A stretch of DNA of 64,000 nucleotides from assembly GCF_009834535.1 (NCBI RefSeq), contig NC_045696.1, forward strand, positions 14,820,001 through 14,884,000, given 5' to 3'. The DNA comes from Camelus ferus (lineage: Eukaryota). The translations under genes were made by a program, and so were the position numbers. The notes beneath the pieces are model-generated. The model was not told where the DNA came from. It saw only the letters and a program-made list of their open reading frames with translations, and did no database searches. Positions 60,316 through 64,000 of this stretch are shown in pieces (the first letter of the stretch is position 1; each line of letters opens with the position of its first letter).

Positions 60316-61006
60316 AATTAATGTCAGCTTTTTTTGTTGTTGTTTTCTTCAATTGGGGCAAGGTCAAAGTCTTAATCATCACTTACATACTTTAGTGTCT
60401 TGAAAACAGAGGATGTGAACTAAATGCTTATAAATTTATATTGACTTATTACTCAATTTTTATAGAATTGTAGTTGAATACCTTAAGTAGTCCCACTTAT
60501 ATTTTAAAATAAAAGTAGATTATAACTTCACAATATAGAGGGTACTTAACATTTTAGTGTTAATGGATCCAATTTATTTTAAAAAATTAGACTACATTAA
60601 TATGATCATTATAATTTAGAGTAGTAAAAGTTAGGAAAAAGTGATATATGTGAAAAGTAAATAAAGTGGAATATAATTAATTAAGTTGAAAAGTGTCCTT
60701 CCTTTACCTTAACCCTGAATTCTGCACATGAAAAAGAGCAGACTAGGCAGACTAGCAGACAATCGTTAATCAAATTCTACATTTAAAAGGAAGGTTCTTA
60801 ACATTTTATGTATAAATTTTTCTGCTGTTTACCATCCTAACAGTACTATAATTATACCTCTTTAAAAAAATCACTTTTATTTAGTATTTTATTCAGTGTT
60901 TATTTACTAAGTACTTATCATATCAAATAAAGCATTTAGTTACAATTCCATTCCACCTTCCCTCAATTTCCCAAGTTTCAGTAATTATACAATTGTTATT
61001 TTGAGT

Positions 61007-61410
61007 TTGTTCATTCGTGGATTCATTCATTCAAAAATATTCAGTGAGCACATACCATGTACCAGTCACTATGCCAGGGTTTAGGAATGTAACAATCAAC
61101 AGCACAGACTTGGTGCCCATGTGGAGCTAGAATTTCAAGAATAAAAAGGATAAAAAGTAAATGAAATAATTACAATCAGTATGACTGACACAGATTGTTT
61201 TTATAGAGAATATTGATGGTGCTTTTTGAGTGACTAGTTGAACATGATCTCTCTTAAGAGGTAATTATTGTAACTGAGACTTAAAGGTAAGAAGGAAACA
61301 GTCAGGAAAAGATGTGGGTCTTAGAGCATCCCAAGTAAAGGAAGCTGCAAGCACATAGCAACACCCCAAAGATGGCAAAATTTCAATGATCCGAGGAAAA
61401 GAGCAGAAGT
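61007..61410 (-). mobile_element. L2 3' end
   Basis: 'attcattcattcaaaaatattcagtgagcac.taccatgtaccag.cactatgc' and 'ctgagacttaaagg...gaagga' match antisense L2. Confidence 0.8.
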
Positions 61411-61439
61411 TTGAGGATCAAATTTATACGGTCAAAATT

Positions 61440-61802
61440 TTGTCTCTGTCTCTCTGCTTTGAGTCCTGTGTGAATGCATGTGTGTATCTTTAACTAGCTG
61501 TCATTTCGTGTTGGCCTCGTAAATCTCCATGCTTACGTCCTTTTACCTTGTCCATCCTAGTAAAATAAGGTTTTCTTTTTTTCTAATAACTTCAGGAAAA
61601 GAACTAGCCTGTCTCTCATTGATCAGAATTGATTCATGTGATTGACTCAACATAAGATATATGCTAATGCTTGGGGTAGATAAAGGAATAAACCCAATCT
61701 GAACCACATGGGATGAGTGGTGAAAAAGTGATTCCCTAAAGGGTAATGAAAGTGTTATTACTAGAGAGTGGGTGAATGAACCCTAATCAGTGTGTCCCCA
61801 CA
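61440..61802 (-). mobile_element. MaLR LTR (MLT1J/K-like)
   Basis: 'ctctcattgatcaga', 'gaaccacatgg...gtgattccc...gtgttattactaga...gaatg...tgtccccaca' match antisense MLT1K. Ends in CA. Confidence 0.6.
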
Positions 61803-61892
61803 GGAGGCTTAAAACATGAAAGTAGGATGTTAGTGGGCAATCTGCAAGTTCCAGTGTCTAGACATGTGCTGGAGGTTTTTTTAAAAAATAGC

Positions 61893-63057
61893 ATCACACC
61901 ACATAAAAAAAAAAAATCAACTTAAAATGGACTACAGACTTAAATATAAATCTGAAATTACACAACTTCTAGACAAAAACATAGGCAGTACACCTTTTGA
62001 TATCAGTTTTGGCAATAATTTTTTGTGTATGTCTCCTCAAGCAAGGGAAACAAAAGCAAAATTAAACAAACGGGACTACATCAAACTAAAATACTTTTTT
62101 TACTGTGAAGGAAACTATCAATAAAATGAAAAGATTACCTACAGAATGGGAGCAGACACTTGCAAACAATATATCTGATAAGGGGTTAATATTCAAACTA
62201 CACAAAGAACTCACACAACTCAACATCAAAAACCAAACAACCTGATTAAAAGATGGACAGAGGTCCTGAATAGATGTTTTTCCAAAGAAGACGTACAGAT
62301 GGCCAACAGGCACCTGAAAAAAATGCTCAACATCACTAATCATTAGGGAAACGCAAATCAAAACCACAATGAGATATCACCTCTCACCTGTCAGAATGGC
62401 TGTTCTCAAAAAGACAACAAATAACAAGTGCTGGGTAAGATGTAGAGTAAAGGGAACCCTCCTGCACTGTTGGTGAGAATATAAATTGGTGCAGCCACTA
62501 TGCAGAACAATATGGAGGTTCCTTAAAAAATTAAAAATAAAACTACCATACAATCCAGCATTTCCACTCCTGGGTGTTTATCTGAAGGAAACAAAAACAT
62601 TAATTTGAGAAGATACATTCACCCCAATGTTCACTGTAGCATTATTTACAACAGCCAAGATATGGAAACAACCTAAGTGCCCACCAATAGATGAATGAAT
62701 AAAGATAGACACACATACATACATACAATGGAGTATTACTCAGCCATAAAAAAGAATGAAATCTTGCTAATTGCAACAATATGGATGGATCTAGAGTGTA
62801 TTGTCCTAAGTGAAAAAAGTCAGAGAAAGACAAATACTGCATGATTTCACTTATATGTGGAATCTAGAAAACAAAACAAATTAATAGACATAATAAAACA
62901 GCAAGAGTTATAAAGGGCAGAAACAGATGGTTGCCAGTGTGGAGGGGGTCGGGGGAAGAGATAAGTAGGTGAGGGAGATGAAGAGGTACAATCTTTCAGT
63001 TACAAAATAAATAAATCAAGGGTCTGGAATACACAGTGTAGGGAATATAGTCAATAA
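61893..63057 (+). mobile_element. Laurasiatherian-age LINE-1, ORF2 C-terminus and 3' UTR, terminus missing
   Basis: The ORF 61927-62124 peptide LLDKNIGSTPFDISFGNNFLCMSPQARETKAKLNKRDYIKLK is L1 ORF2. Canonical 'caaatcaaaaccacaatgagatatcacct' and 'actcagccataaaaaagaatgaaatcttgc' are present. Confidence 0.95.
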
Positions 63058-64000
63058 AGAAAATGACAGTCATTAACAGATAGATGATACTCAAGAAATC
63101 AGAAAAGTCTAAATAAAGTAGGAAAAAGTTTAGAGCAGAGAAAACAGCACATGACCTAGCCCCATGAAGCTCTAATTCAGAGATTAAGTAGATGGTATGA
63201 AGCCAGCAGGGCAGTCTAGAAGGGAGCAATCTGCTCTTCTGTCTAGCTGGGGTCTGGAGAGGAACAGCAGGCCTGGCATGTCTGGGGACAGCTCTGCATT
63301 TGACTCTCCCCAGCAGAGCTGCCTGTTCTTCATGCATATTCACTGAGAGCCTAGCGTTTTCCTGGAATACAATTGGGAAGGATTCTCTCCTATGCAATCA
63401 TTTTCCTGTGCCTATTTGGGGTTACACTTGCCTTTACTAACTTACTCCTCCAATCCAATACCAATGCTACATTCCAGAAACGCTTCCAAGTTAATGAAAC
63501 ACATCAATAACATACTTCCTTGCTTTCCAGAATCATGGTTTGGATTTACACATTTTAAAACAAAATTTCCTTCATTTCCACCGGATATTGAGAGGGAAGG
63601 AGGTAAATGTCTTTCCTCAATCTGCCACCTTCCACTAGAAGTCTGAATGTTATTTCTCTAAAATAATTTCCTGAAAGATTTATATATGAAAAAAAAACTC
63701 CCGCTGTGTACACTCAGTAATAATTTTCCCCTGCAAACTGAGATTGGGGGTAATTGAGTGAAATTAACACTTAACTAATGTGTTTTCTTTCTAATTTATT
63801 AAATATTTTAAAGCTTTTGGGGCAAGACCAGCTCATTTATAATTTTCCAGAACACTTTTATTATAATCAACCTGCTTAATGTAACACTCTGTTATTCTTA
63901 GTTTTACTTAGAAATAGCATTTTGACTTTGTACCAAAATAGAAATAAATGATATTTAAAATTCTTATCTCTTTGGAAAAAGAATGCCTATATGTATCTAT

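Noticed and set aside
61927..62367. ORFs of 65 aa (+) and 93 aa (-) as genes
   Set aside because: They are a frameshifted L1 ORF2 remnant and its antisense reading.
1..64000. CRISPR array, operon, rRNA, CpG-island promoter or other prokaryote-style system
   Set aside because: There is no regularly spaced repeat-spacer array, no long ORFs and no true CpG island. Composition and repeat content are those of mammalian non-coding DNA.

Overview
This is AT-rich, CpG-depleted, non-coding mammalian DNA, most likely from a camelid (alpaca, llama or camel). The taxon call rests on a tRNA-Ala(AGC)-derived SINE of the camelid type at 41424-41561, cetartiodactyl-type L1 3' ends, and the absence of recognisable Alu, B1, Bov-tA, PRE-1 or SINEC elements. 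It reads as a gene desert or a very long intron. I found no supportable protein-coding gene, rRNA, functional tRNA or CRISPR array. The only ORFs with recognisable peptides are decayed LINE-1 ORF2 fragments (24062-24439, 36377-36691, 61927-62124). A large part of the window is interspersed repeat: L1 of several ages, L2, MIR, MaLR/MLT1 LTRs, LTR33, and three ERV-type LTRs nested in older elements. Several multi-kb stretches have no recognisable repeat. The best second-look items are a CpG-retaining, motif-dense candidate enhancer/CTCF element (13650-14725), a second motif cluster (28134-28300), candidate + strand non-coding exons, two L1 insertions with twin-priming inversion geometry, a solo LTR with a 6-bp TSD, and a diverged ~80-bp local duplication. 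I did not find evidence for a novel multi-gene system. Repeat family names come from recalled consensus similarity, not from a RepeatMasker/Dfam run, and boundaries of old repeats are approximate.
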